The notes beneath the pieces were generated by a model, which saw only the letters and a program-made list of their open reading frames with translations, searched no databases and had not been told where the DNA came from. Source: Actinomycetes bacterium (GTDB lineage: Bacteria > Actinomycetota > Acidimicrobiia > Acidimicrobiales > JAJZJN01). Taken from it: 24,000 nucleotides of DNA. The stretch is taken from the NCBI GenBank assembly GCA_021851165.1, contig JAJZJN010000014.1, positions 7,638 through 31,637 on the forward strand, given 5' to 3'. Positions within the stretch are counted from its first letter, which is position 1. Each line of letters opens with the position of its first letter. Below, in pieces: positions 6,528 to 13,560 of this stretch. Position numbers and translations under genes: made by a program.

Positions 6528-8858
6528 ATGAACGAGAGGGTCGCCCACGCCGATGAGAGCACACACGGCCGGACAGACGACCATTCCAGCGTTGCCGGCA
6601 GAGTAGTTGATGCTGGTCCGGATCCTGCCTCCACCGACGAGGTGGGTGAGCTTCTCGCGGCCATAGCGGCGTCCCTGCCTGGCGGCGGCGAGAACCGCCC
6701 GGGACAACGCCTGATGGCCGAGGCGGTTCGACGAGCTCTTGGAAGCCATCGACACCTGATCGTCCAAGCGGGCACTGGCACGGGAAAGTCCCTTGCCTAC
6801 CTTCTGCCAGTTGTCACATCCGGGGTCAAGTGCGTGATCGCCACAGCCACCCGGGCCCTCCAGGACCAGCTCGCATCCAAGGACCTCCCCCTCATAGCCA
6901 GGCACCTCTCGGCCTCTGGCCCAGCCGGCTCGATCAGCCCAGCCGGCTCGATCGGCCCAGCCGGCTCGATCAGCACAGCCGACTCGATCAGCCCAGCCGG
7001 CTCGATCGGCCCAGCCGACTGGCAGGACACCAGCTGGCATCCAGCGGATACCTTCACCTTCGCGGTGCTCAAGGGTCGTTCCAACTACCTGTGCAAGCAG
7101 CGTGCCGCTGAGGTCCAGGGGGAATTGCCCGGAGCCTTCGGGGGAGAGAGCGGCCCGATGCAGGCATTATCTGGTGCCGAGCCAGCGGGCACTCCGGGAG
7201 GATTCGGTGACGAGGTGCGGCGACTCATCCAATGGGCTGCTGCTTCTCCCACCGGTGATCGGGCCGAGCTGGACTTCGAGCCCCACCCACGTGTCTGGGC
7301 CTCGCTCTCGCTCGGATCACGTGAGTGCCCCGGTGCGTTCCGTTGCCCTTCGGGGCAAGACTGCTTCGCTGAGCTGGCCAAGGCCCGGGCCGCAGCGGCC
7401 GACGTGGTGGTGGTGAATACCCATCTCTACGCAACCCACGTGGCGAGCCACGGTGCGGTCCTCCCCCCTCACGAGGTGGTGGTGTTCGACGAAGCCCACG
7501 AAGTGGAGGACATCATGACTGCGGGCCTCGGCGTGGAGATCACACCGGGGCGATTCAGGGCACTGGCCCAGGCAGGCCGGGGACAGGTCTCACGGGGCGA
7601 CTCCGCTGCGCTCGACGCTCTGGTCGATGCAGCCGAACGCCTGAGCTCGATGCTCGCGCCACTGGTGGGAACCCGGCTGCGAAGTCGCGCTGCGGACAAG
7701 GCGCCTGCTACCCAGGCTGACGCCAGTGCGCCAAGCGTCGAACCAGTCGAACGAGTCCTAACTCCGGCAGTGCGCGGGCGACCTGGTAGTCAAGACCAGC
7801 TGTGGGAACTGCTCGAGCTCCTCGCGGGCCGCGTGGATGCCGCTTCCGATGCTCTCCGCCGCGCCGAGCGGGCCCACCGCTCCGGCCTCGATGACGCGAG
7901 CCGCCGGGTCCCAACCGACCAGTCCGCGCCCAACAGCGCCGATCGCACTCGAGCCCTGCTCGCCGCCGAGCACCTTGCCGACGACCTGGCGAAGCTCGCC
8001 TCGCTTGGCCCCGAAGAGGTCGCCTGGGTCGACAACACCGGCAGCCCAGGGCGCAACATCGCGATCAGAGTCGCTCCGATCGACGTTGGGCCCATTCTTG
8101 CCGAGCATGTCTGGCCTCACGCGACAGCTGTGCTTGCCAGCGCCACGATCCCACCGCTGCTTCGAGAACACCTGGGCCTTCCCGAGGACCTGACCGATAC
8201 CCTCGACGTCGGAAGCCCTTTTCCCTACGAGACCAATTCACTGCTCTACTGCGCCGCACATCTTCCAGACCGCCGTAGCGATACAGCTCGACAGGCTCTC
8301 ACGGACGAGCTGGTCCGGCTGATCAATGCTGCAGGTGGCCGCACTCTGGCACTGTTCACGAGCATCAGCGCCATGAAGGACCAGGCATCAGCCGTCGCCG
8401 GCCGCGTTGACTACCCGATCTTGGTCCAGGGTCAACTCCCTAAGCCACGGCTGGTAGATGCCTTCGCCAGCGACGAGTCAACCTGCCTGTTCGCGACCGT
8501 GTCCTTCTGGCAGGGCGTGGACGTCCCAGGAGCCACCTCGATACTGGTGGCTATCGATCGCATCCCTTTCCCGCGCCCCGATGATCCCCTGCTCCAGGCC
8601 CGCAGGGAAAGGTCCGCCGACGGCGGCTTCCGCTCCGTCGACCTGCCGAGGGCGGCAACGCTGCTCGCGCAGGGAGCAGGAAGGCTTATCCGGAGCGTGG
8701 ACGATGCAGGAGTCGTGGCAGTGCTGGACAGCAGGCTCGCCACCAAGAGCTACGGCAGGACGTTACTAGCCGCCCTGCCGTCCATGCCCTTCACGACAGA
8801 CCCAGACCGGGCAGCCGGCTTCCTGGAGCGCCTGGCTAGCCGCGAGCGGCACGCATAG
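6528..8858 (+). CDS. dinG: ATP-dependent DNA helicase, DinG/XPD (Rad3) family with Fe-S domain
   Basis: Walker A is present (VQAGTGTGKSLAYLLP), with a DEAH box (VVFDEAHEVED). Four cysteines are spaced as in the DinG Fe-S domain (NYLC ... RECPGAFRCPSGQDC). C-terminal helicase motifs are also present (ALFTS, FWQGVDVPG, QGAGRLIRS). The open frame extends upstream to a TTG at 6489, but the ATG at 6528 is preferred. The start is uncertain because there is no clear SD. Confidence 0.85.
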   Translation: MNERVAHADESTHGRTDDHSSVAGRVVDAGPDPASTDEVGELLAAIAASLPGGGENRPGQRLMAEAVRRALGSHRHLIVQAGTGTGKSLAYLLPVVTSGVKCVIATATRALQDQLASKDLPLIARHLSASGPAGSISPAGSIGPAGSISTADSISPAGSIGPADWQDTSWHPADTFTFAVLKGRSNYLCKQRAAEVQGELPGAFGGESGPMQALSGAEPAGTPGGFGDEVRRLIQWAAASPTGDRAELDFEPHPRVWASLSLGSRECPGAFRCPSGQDCFAELAKARAAAADVVVVNTHLYATHVASHGAVLPPHEVVVFDEAHEVEDIMTAGLGVEITPGRFRALAQAGRGQVSRGDSAALDALVDAAERLSSMLAPLVGTRLRSRAADKAPATQADASAPSVEPVERVLTPAVRGRPGSQDQLWELLELLAGRVDAASDALRRAERAHRSGLDDASRRVPTDQSAPNSADRTRALLAAEHLADDLAKLASLGPEEVAWVDNTGSPGRNIAIRVAPIDVGPILAEHVWPHATAVLASATIPPLLREHLGLPEDLTDTLDVGSPFPYETNSLLYCAAHLPDRRSDTARQALTDELVRLINAAGGRTLALFTSISAMKDQASAVAGRVDYPILVQGQLPKPRLVDAFASDESTCLFATVSFWQGVDVPGATSILVAIDRIPFPRPDDPLLQARRERSADGGFRSVDLPRAATLLAQGAGRLIRSVDDAGVVAVLDSRLATKSYGRTLLAALPSMPFTTDPDRAAGFLERLASRERHA
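6918..7019. repeat. 18-bp in-frame tandem repeat, about 5.5 copies, inside dinG
   Basis: The units are CCAGCCGGCTCGATCAGC (6921), CCAGCCGGCTCGATCGGC (6939), CCAGCCGGCTCGATCAGC (6957), ACAGCCGACTCGATCAGC (6975), CCAGCCGGCTCGATCGGC (6993) and the partial CCAGCCGAC (7011). They encode PAGSIS/PAGSIG hexapeptides. Most units contain the 8-bp palindrome AGCCGGCT. Confidence 0.95.
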
Positions 8859-8888
8859 GCGGTTTGACATTCGACACCACCCACTATC

Positions 8889-8904
8889 GCCAGGAAGGCC
8901 TGGC
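8889..8904. terminator. Candidate bidirectional stem-loop in the convergent dinG/era spacer
   Basis: GCCAGG-AAGG-CCTGGC forms a 6-bp GC-rich stem with a 4-nt loop in the 76-bp gap between the two stop codons. There is no flanking T/A tract, so function is unproven. Confidence 0.25.
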
Positions 8905-8934
8905 CCTACAGACGATCCAGACGATCCAGCGCAT

Positions 8935-9882
8935 TCAATACCCCAGCCTCTCTATGAGGTCTGGCCTCTGCTGCCAGTGGGGCTCCACCACGACACGAAG
9001 ATCGAGGAACGTGCCCGGCTCCAGCTCGGAACGCACAGCGCTGCCGACAGCCTTCAGCACCTGCCCACCCCTACCTATGACGATGCCCTTCTGCGAATCG
9101 CGTTCGACAACGATCTCCACGCTGATCACGGGCCATTCCCATTCCGTCACGCGGCAGGCCACGGCGTGGGGCAGCTCGTCGCGTACGTGACGCAGAACCT
9201 GCTCACGCACAAGCTCGGCGACCCAGAAGGCCTCTTGCACGTCGCTTCGCATCTCGGGAGGGAAATACGGCGGACCTATGGGCAAGCCGGCCAGGAGGGT
9301 GTCAACCAGCGTGGCAATGCCCTCGCCACTGGCTGCCGACACTGGGAAGTACTCGGCACTGGCAGGCCCGTGCGCACTGGCAGACCCATCATCTCCTACC
9401 ATCTGGGCGGCACGGGTCAGATGCTCCAGCACGGACGCCCTTGAAGCCCGGTCGACCTTGTTCACGACAACGAAAAGCCGTGTCGGCGAGCAATCCGCTC
9501 GCTTAGCACCACCTACGCGTGCCGCCTTCATCGCTCTACCAAGCACCACGGAGTCCCCTGCGCCGATCGGAGCGGTGGCATCGACGACGACAACCACGGC
9601 ATCCACGTCGGCCAGCGCCTCTTCCACGTGGTCGTTCAGCCTCAAGCCGAGATCAGTTCTCGGACGGTGAAGGCCTGGTGTGTCGACGAAGACCGCTTGT
9701 ACTCCCTCCCGATTTAGAACACCCCTGACCGAGCGCCTGGTCGTGTTGGGTCTTGACGAGGTGATCGTCACCTTCATACCGACCATGCGATTCACCAGCG
9801 TCGACTTACCGACATTAGGACGTCCCACCACGGCGATGAACCCGGAACGAAATGCAGGTCGTCCAGCAGTGCTCTCAGCCAT
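8935..9882 (-). CDS. era: GTPase Era
   Basis: The track ORF is over-extended. Homology starts at the ATG at 9880-9882 (MAESTAGRPAFRSGFIAVVGRPNVGKSTLVN). G motifs are present (GRPNVGKS, DTPG, NKVD), with a C-terminal KH domain (SVEIVVERDSQKGIVIGRGG). The start overlaps the stop of the upstream CBS gene by 8 nt. Confidence 0.9.
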   Translation of the reverse strand: MAESTAGRPAFRSGFIAVVGRPNVGKSTLVNRMVGMKVTITSSRPNTTRRSVRGVLNREGVQAVFVDTPGLHRPRTDLGLRLNDHVEEALADVDAVVVVVDATAPIGAGDSVVLGRAMKAARVGGAKRADCSPTRLFVVVNKVDRASRASVLEHLTRAAQMVGDDGSASAHGPASAEYFPVSAASGEGIATLVDTLLAGLPIGPPYFPPEMRSDVQEAFWVAELVREQVLRHVRDELPHAVACRVTEWEWPVISVEIVVERDSQKGIVIGRGGQVLKAVGSAVRSELEPGTFLDLRVVVEPHWQQRPDLIERLGY

Positions 9883-11206
9883 CCGATGCCTTGTGCGAAA
9901 GCTTCGGCGATGGATCCCCGTCCTCTGCCGGGAGCACCTTGACCCGGCTGAATCGATTGCCCTGCACCCTCTCTGCCACGAGGACAAGTCCTCCCACCCG
10001 TACACGCTCCCCCTCGGCCGGCACATGCCCGAGGACATCCAGCAGCAACCCACCCACGGTGTCCCAGCCCTCCGTGGGTAGCTGCACGCCTAGAAGGTCA
10101 TTCAGCTCGTCGACAGCAAGGCGTGACGAAACCGAGACCTCGCCGTTGCCCAGACGAACAACGGGCGGATCCTCCGTATCGAACTCGTCTACGATCTCGC
10201 CCACCAGCTCCTCGATCAAGTCCTCCAATGTGACGAGGCCCGCCGTACCGCCATACTCGTCCACCACGATCGCCTGATGGTATTGCTGCTCCTGCATCTC
10301 CCGCATGAGCGCAGCGACACGTTTGGTCTCGGGGACGAAATGGGCGGGCCTCACGTGGGCCGACACCGGATCCTGACCGAGCTTTTCACGCTCGGCACGA
10401 ATCAGATCCTTGGCATACGCGATGCCGATCACATCGTCAACGTTCCCGGTGTGCACTGGAAGCCGGCTGTAGCCGGCCGCCATGGCGGTTCCGAGCGCCT
10501 CGGACACCGTCGCTGCCGACTCGATCGTGCACATGTCGGGTCTTGGCACCATGACCTCCCGGACCACCGTGTCCCCGAACTCGATGATCGAATGGATCAA
10601 AGCGCGCTCCTCGGTGGCTATCACCTCCTCCTCCACTGCCACGTCAGCCATCGCGAGAAGCTCGGACTCGCTAACGGCAGCCTCTGCCTTCCTGCTACCA
10701 CCCATCAGCAGGTCGGCCAACCCTATGAGCCCTGCCGACATCATCCGCACCGGCCAGAACCCGACCACCGCAGCGACTGGCGGAGCCACCAGGAGGGCCG
10801 CGCGCTCGGGATTGCGAACTGCCCAGTTCTTCGGGATCGCCTCTGCCATGACGAAGATCACCACCACCTCGAACACCGCTGCGATCGCGACGCCAACTGC
10901 CCCGAACCACTGGTCGGACAGCACACCTACCAGCGTCGCTGCCACCAGCTGGCATACGAGAACCAGTAGCAGGACGCCGTTCAGGAACTCCTCGGGGTGC
11001 TCCACCAAGCTCAGCAGCTCGCGTGCCCCACGCCTGCCCTCCTCACGCAAGGACAACGCCTTGGCCCTGCTGGTACGCACCAAGCTGGTCTCTGCGAGCG
11101 CGAGCAGGGCCGCAAAGCCGAGCAGCAGAAGCACCAATGCCACCAGCAACCAATCGCCGGCCTTGAACCGGCTGGTCGCCAGGACATTTCCCAGCCCGAC
11201 AGGCAT
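9875..11206 (-). CDS. Hemolysin-family / CNNM-type membrane protein (DUF21 plus CBS pair plus CorC_HlyC domain)
   Basis: The ATG at 11204-11206 is preceded by GGGGGTGG. There is an N-terminal multi-TM DUF21 region (LVALVLLLLGFAALLALAETSL), then a CBS pair (VREVMVPRPDM..., AIVVDEYGGTAGLVTLEDLIEELVGEI), then a C-terminal transporter-associated domain. The 509-aa track ORF is over-extended. Confidence 0.85.
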   Translation of the reverse strand: MPVGLGNVLATSRFKAGDWLLVALVLLLLGFAALLALAETSLVRTSRAKALSLREEGRRGARELLSLVEHPEEFLNGVLLLVLVCQLVAATLVGVLSDQWFGAVGVAIAAVFEVVVIFVMAEAIPKNWAVRNPERAALLVAPPVAAVVGFWPVRMMSAGLIGLADLLMGGSRKAEAAVSESELLAMADVAVEEEVIATEERALIHSIIEFGDTVVREVMVPRPDMCTIESAATVSEALGTAMAAGYSRLPVHTGNVDDVIGIAYAKDLIRAEREKLGQDPVSAHVRPAHFVPETKRVAALMREMQEQQYHQAIVVDEYGGTAGLVTLEDLIEELVGEIVDEFDTEDPPVVRLGNGEVSVSSRLAVDELNDLLGVQLPTEGWDTVGGLLLDVLGHVPAEGERVRVGGLVLVAERVQGNRFSRVKVLPAEDGDPSPKLSHKASDG

Positions 11207-11217
11207 CACGCCACCCC

Positions 11218-11730
11218 CTAGGGCGCCGTTCGGTAGAAGCGTCCGAGCAGCTCCTGCTCGCGACGCTCCATACGCTCCGCCTCCGGGTTCTCCACGTGGT
11301 CCATGCCGCATAGGTGCAACAGACCATGTACGACCAGGAGCGCAAGCTCGTCTTCCAACCCCACCCCATGCTCCCTCGCGTTGCGGGTAGCCACAGCCGG
11401 ACATACGACCACGTCCCCGAGCAGCAACGGCATCTCGTCCTCGTCGTTGTCGATGACCGCACCTGGCCCACTGCCACCCTCGTCGGGAAAGCGCCCTGGT
11501 CGCCCAGGGTCCTCGTCGATCGGAAAGGCGAGGACGTCAGTAGGCCCCTCACGCCCGAGGAAGCGGGAGTTCAGCTCGGCAATGGCCGTCTCGTCGACGA
11601 AGAGCAAGGACACCTCGACATCCCCTCGGATCCCCTGAGCTTCCAGAACCTTTTGGGCCAGCTCCACCCAGCAGGACACGTCGACGACGCAGGCAGACTG
11701 CTCGTCGGCGGCAAAGATGTCAACCGGCAC
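11218..11730 (-). CDS. ybeY: Endoribonuclease YbeY (16S rRNA maturation metalloprotease-fold RNase)
   Basis: The zinc motif HGLLHLCGMDH is present, with the typical LLFVDETAIAELNSRFLG...GPTDVLAFP. The chosen start is the GTG at 11728-11730 (VPVDIFAADEQ...), overlapping the phoH stop by 11 nt. The frame stays open upstream to an ATG at 11910, through a repeat region, so the start is ambiguous. Confidence 0.8.
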   Translation of the reverse strand: MPVDIFAADEQSACVVDVSCWVELAQKVLEAQGIRGDVEVSLLFVDETAIAELNSRFLGREGPTDVLAFPIDEDPGRPGRFPDEGGSGPGAVIDNDEDEMPLLLGDVVVCPAVATRNAREHGVGLEDELALLVVHGLLHLCGMDHVENPEAERMERREQELLGRFYRTAP

Positions 11731-12793
11731 CAGACCCACCCATCCCAGGAGACCCGGCTGACCCGCGCAAGCCGGGTGACCCTCCCTGCTGGCTCCTGCC
11801 GGTGGCACCCTCGGTGGCTCTGCCGGTGGCACCCTCGGTGGCTCCGTCGGTGGCACCCTGCCCCTCGTAGGCCGCCACGATATCGGCGACGATGCGATGG
11901 CGCACGACATCGCGCTGCGACAACGAGACGAACTCGACTCCGTCTATGCGACCGAGCACCCGCTCCAGGCCCACCAGGCCAGACCGCCCTCCTGCTACGT
12001 CTATCTGCGTGACATCACCGGTGACCACCACTCTCGACCCGAAGCCGATCCTCGTCAAGAACATCTTCATCTGCTCGGGCGTGGTGTTCTGTGCCTCGTC
12101 TAGAATGATGAAGCTCTGGTTCAAGGTGCGTCCCCTCATGAATGCGAGCGGAGCAACCTCTATCGCACCTCGCTCCACGAGCCGCTGGGCGCCTTCCGGG
12201 CCAAGAAGGTCGTACAACGCATCGTAAAGCGGACGTAGGTACGGGTCGACCTTGGCCATGACGTCACCTGGAAGGAACCCGAGCCTCTCACCCGCTTCGA
12301 CTGCGGGTCGCGTGAGGATAATGCGGTCGACCTGGTGTGCCTGTAGAGCGCGAGCCGCCATGGCTACTGCCAGGAAGGACTTGCCGGTGCCAGCGGGGCC
12401 GATACCGAACGTGATCACGTTGCCCGTGATCGCGTCCACATAGCGCTTCTGGCCCGCCGTCTTTGGACGTACCGAACGCCCGCGCGCTGAACGGAGGACC
12501 TCCTGGGAGAGCACCTCGGAGGGATCGACATCGTCCTTCACCATGGTGATGGTCCGGCCGACGTCTCCTGCATCGATCGGCTCGCCGCGTTCCAGAAGGG
12601 TGACCAGCTCGTCGAAAAGGCGGCCCACCCGTTCGGCGCCGTTGCCCTCCAGGGTTATCTCGTTGCCTCTCACGACGATACGCACATCGGTGAAGGCGTC
12701 TTCCACGACACGGAGCAACTCGTCGCGGTGTCCAAGAAGACTTACCATGAGATGGTTGCCGGGTACGGAGATCTTGACTTGCGGTAAAACCAC
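11720..12793 (-). CDS. phoH: PhoH-like ATPase (PhoH/PhoL family) with a low-complexity C-terminal tail
   Basis: Walker A is present (GIGPAGTGKSFLAVA), along with FIILDEAQNTT and VVTGDVTQIDV. The GTG start at 12791-12793 follows AAGG. After the conserved end (...RHRIVADIVAAYE) there is a tail of about 45 aa rich in Gly, Ala and Thr. Part of this tail is encoded by a 24-bp tandem repeat. Confidence 0.9.
   Translation of the reverse strand: MVLPQVKISVPGNHLMVSLLGHRDELLRVVEDAFTDVRIVVRGNEITLEGNGAERVGRLFDELVTLLERGEPIDAGDVGRTITMVKDDVDPSEVLSQEVLRSARGRSVRPKTAGQKRYVDAITGNVITFGIGPAGTGKSFLAVAMAARALQAHQVDRIILTRPAVEAGERLGFLPGDVMAKVDPYLRPLYDALYDLLGPEGAQRLVERGAIEVAPLAFMRGRTLNQSFIILDEAQNTTPEQMKMFLTRIGFGSRVVVTGDVTQIDVAGGRSGLVGLERVLGRIDGVEFVSLSQRDVVRHRIVADIVAAYEGQGATDGATEGATGRATEGATGRSQQGGSPGLRGSAGSPGMGGSGAG
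11791..11860. repeat. 24-bp tandem repeat, about 2.7 copies, in the phoH 3' tail
   Basis: TGCCGGTGGCACCCTCGGTGGCTC occurs at 11797-11820 and identically at 11821-11844, followed by the partial CGTCGGTGGCACCCTG. On the minus strand it reads ATEGATGR in the phoH frame and EPPRVPPA in the ybeY-extension frame. Confidence 0.9.
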
Positions 12794-12805
12794 AGAAGCC
12801 TTAGC

Positions 12806-13186
12806 TCAGCCTGGCGGCCAGCCGAGCCGGCGGCCGCCGATCACATGGAGGTGAAGATGGGGGACGGTGTTGTTCGCGTCGTCGCCCACGTTGAACACCA
12901 ACCGGTACCCGGTATCTGCTATGCCCTGCGAGCGGGCCACCTCCCGAGCCATCACGATCATCTGAGCAAGCACCTCTGCGTCATCAAGCTCGACCGTGCC
13001 GGCATTCTCGACATGCCTGACGGGCACCACGAGCACATGCACAGGCGCCTGGGGACTCAGGTCTCGGAAAGCCACGCAATGCTCCGTGCGCGCGAGCACG
13101 TCGGCCGGCAAGTCCCCCGCTGCTATCCGGCAGAACACGCAACTGGTGTTGACGTCCTCGCCAGCGGTGGCCTCGGCACTGCTCAT
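12806..13186 (-). CDS. HIT-family (histidine triad) nucleotide hydrolase/transferase
   Basis: The histidine triad is VPHLHLHVIGG, and there is an N-terminal CVFCRI motif. The chosen ATG at 13184-13186 overlaps the upstream HTH gene stop as ATGA (13183-13186). The longer track ORF (to 13264) overlaps that gene. Confidence 0.85.
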   Translation of the reverse strand: MSSAEATAGEDVNTSCVFCRIAAGDLPADVLARTEHCVAFRDLSPQAPVHVLVVPVRHVENAGTVELDDAEVLAQMIVMAREVARSQGIADTGYRLVFNVGDDANNTVPHLHLHVIGGRRLGWPPG

Positions 13187-13428
13187 GCGGATTGCGAGCG
13201 ATGCTCGGCTGTCCCCTTCAACTCCGGGTAGAGATGCTCCAGGCTGCCAGGCTCGATCCGACACGACTCTATGAAACGATCCACATCCTGCTCTCTCAAC
13301 CTGATCACCCTGCCGAACTTGAACGCCACAAGCGATCCTTCGTCTATGAAGCGGTACAAGCTCCGGAGTGTCACACCGAGACGCTCGGCTGCCTCCTTCG
13401 TGCTCATCCAGCGGATCGACTCAGCCAC
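13183..13428 (-). CDS. Small DNA-binding protein, excisionase/MerR-type winged HTH (HTH_17-like), DNA-binding domain only
   Basis: This is an 81-aa ORF. The GTG at 13426-13428 is preceded by a strong AGGAGG (complement of 13433-13438). MSTKEAAERLGVTLRSLYRFIDEGSLVAFKFGRVIRLREQDVDRFIE fits the Xis/MerR N-terminal HTH pattern. It is translationally coupled to the HIT gene. Confidence 0.7.
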   Translation of the reverse strand: MAESIRWMSTKEAAERLGVTLRSLYRFIDEGSLVAFKFGRVIRLREQDVDRFIESCRIEPGSLEHLYPELKGTAEHRSQSA

Positions 13429-13560
13429 TTCTCCTCCTGAATGGCCCCTGTCGGACCAATCTCCGAGCCCCTTGATGCTTCACGTACCATGCTACATCAT
13501 TACATGCTGTGCTGGTCGATGACACCCGCCTTAAGCATGGGCACTGTACGGTCATCTGGT

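Noticed and set aside
6918-7019. A CRISPR array interpretation of the 18-bp array, and likewise of the 21-bp array at 20440-20560.
   Set aside because: The repeats are strictly contiguous with no unique spacers. The units are shorter than CRISPR repeats. The 18-bp array is in frame inside a helicase gene. No cas genes are present.
6081-7040. A long (319 aa) minus-strand ORF antisense to SPFH/dinG, reading GWADRAGWADRAGWADR across the repeat. Similar long antisense or alternate-frame ORFs also occur (for example 409-972 minus, 10482-11390 plus, 14238-14981 plus, 15551-16198 plus, 23335-23850 minus).
   Set aside because: Each lies opposite or out of frame to a gene with strong family-level homology. 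Their translations are Arg/Pro/Ala/Ser-rich low-complexity sequence, typical of non-coding frames in GC-rich DNA. None has a recognisable domain or SD.
4721-8858. nfeD-SPFH-dinG as an anti-phage defence island or novel three-gene system.
   Set aside because: nfeD-SPFH is a ubiquitous membrane-scaffold pair. The DinG has the full housekeeping Fe-S helicase architecture. There are no nuclease, toxin, methylase or mobile-element partners, no flanking repeats and no visible compositional break. The arrangement is retained only as a low-interest synteny note.
11731-11910. ybeY starting at the ATG at 11910, giving a Pro-rich EPPRVPPA-repeat N-terminus.
   Set aside because: This would overlap phoH by 190 nt. 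YbeY homology begins only around residue 61 of that ORF, where a GTG is available (11730). The possibility is kept as an open ambiguity in the findings rather than as a feature call.
13183-13428. An excisionase-family HTH as a marker of a prophage or integrative element.
   Set aside because: No integrase, recombinase, att-like direct repeats, tRNA target or phage genes occur anywhere in the window. The gene is translationally coupled to a HIT gene within a conserved housekeeping operon.
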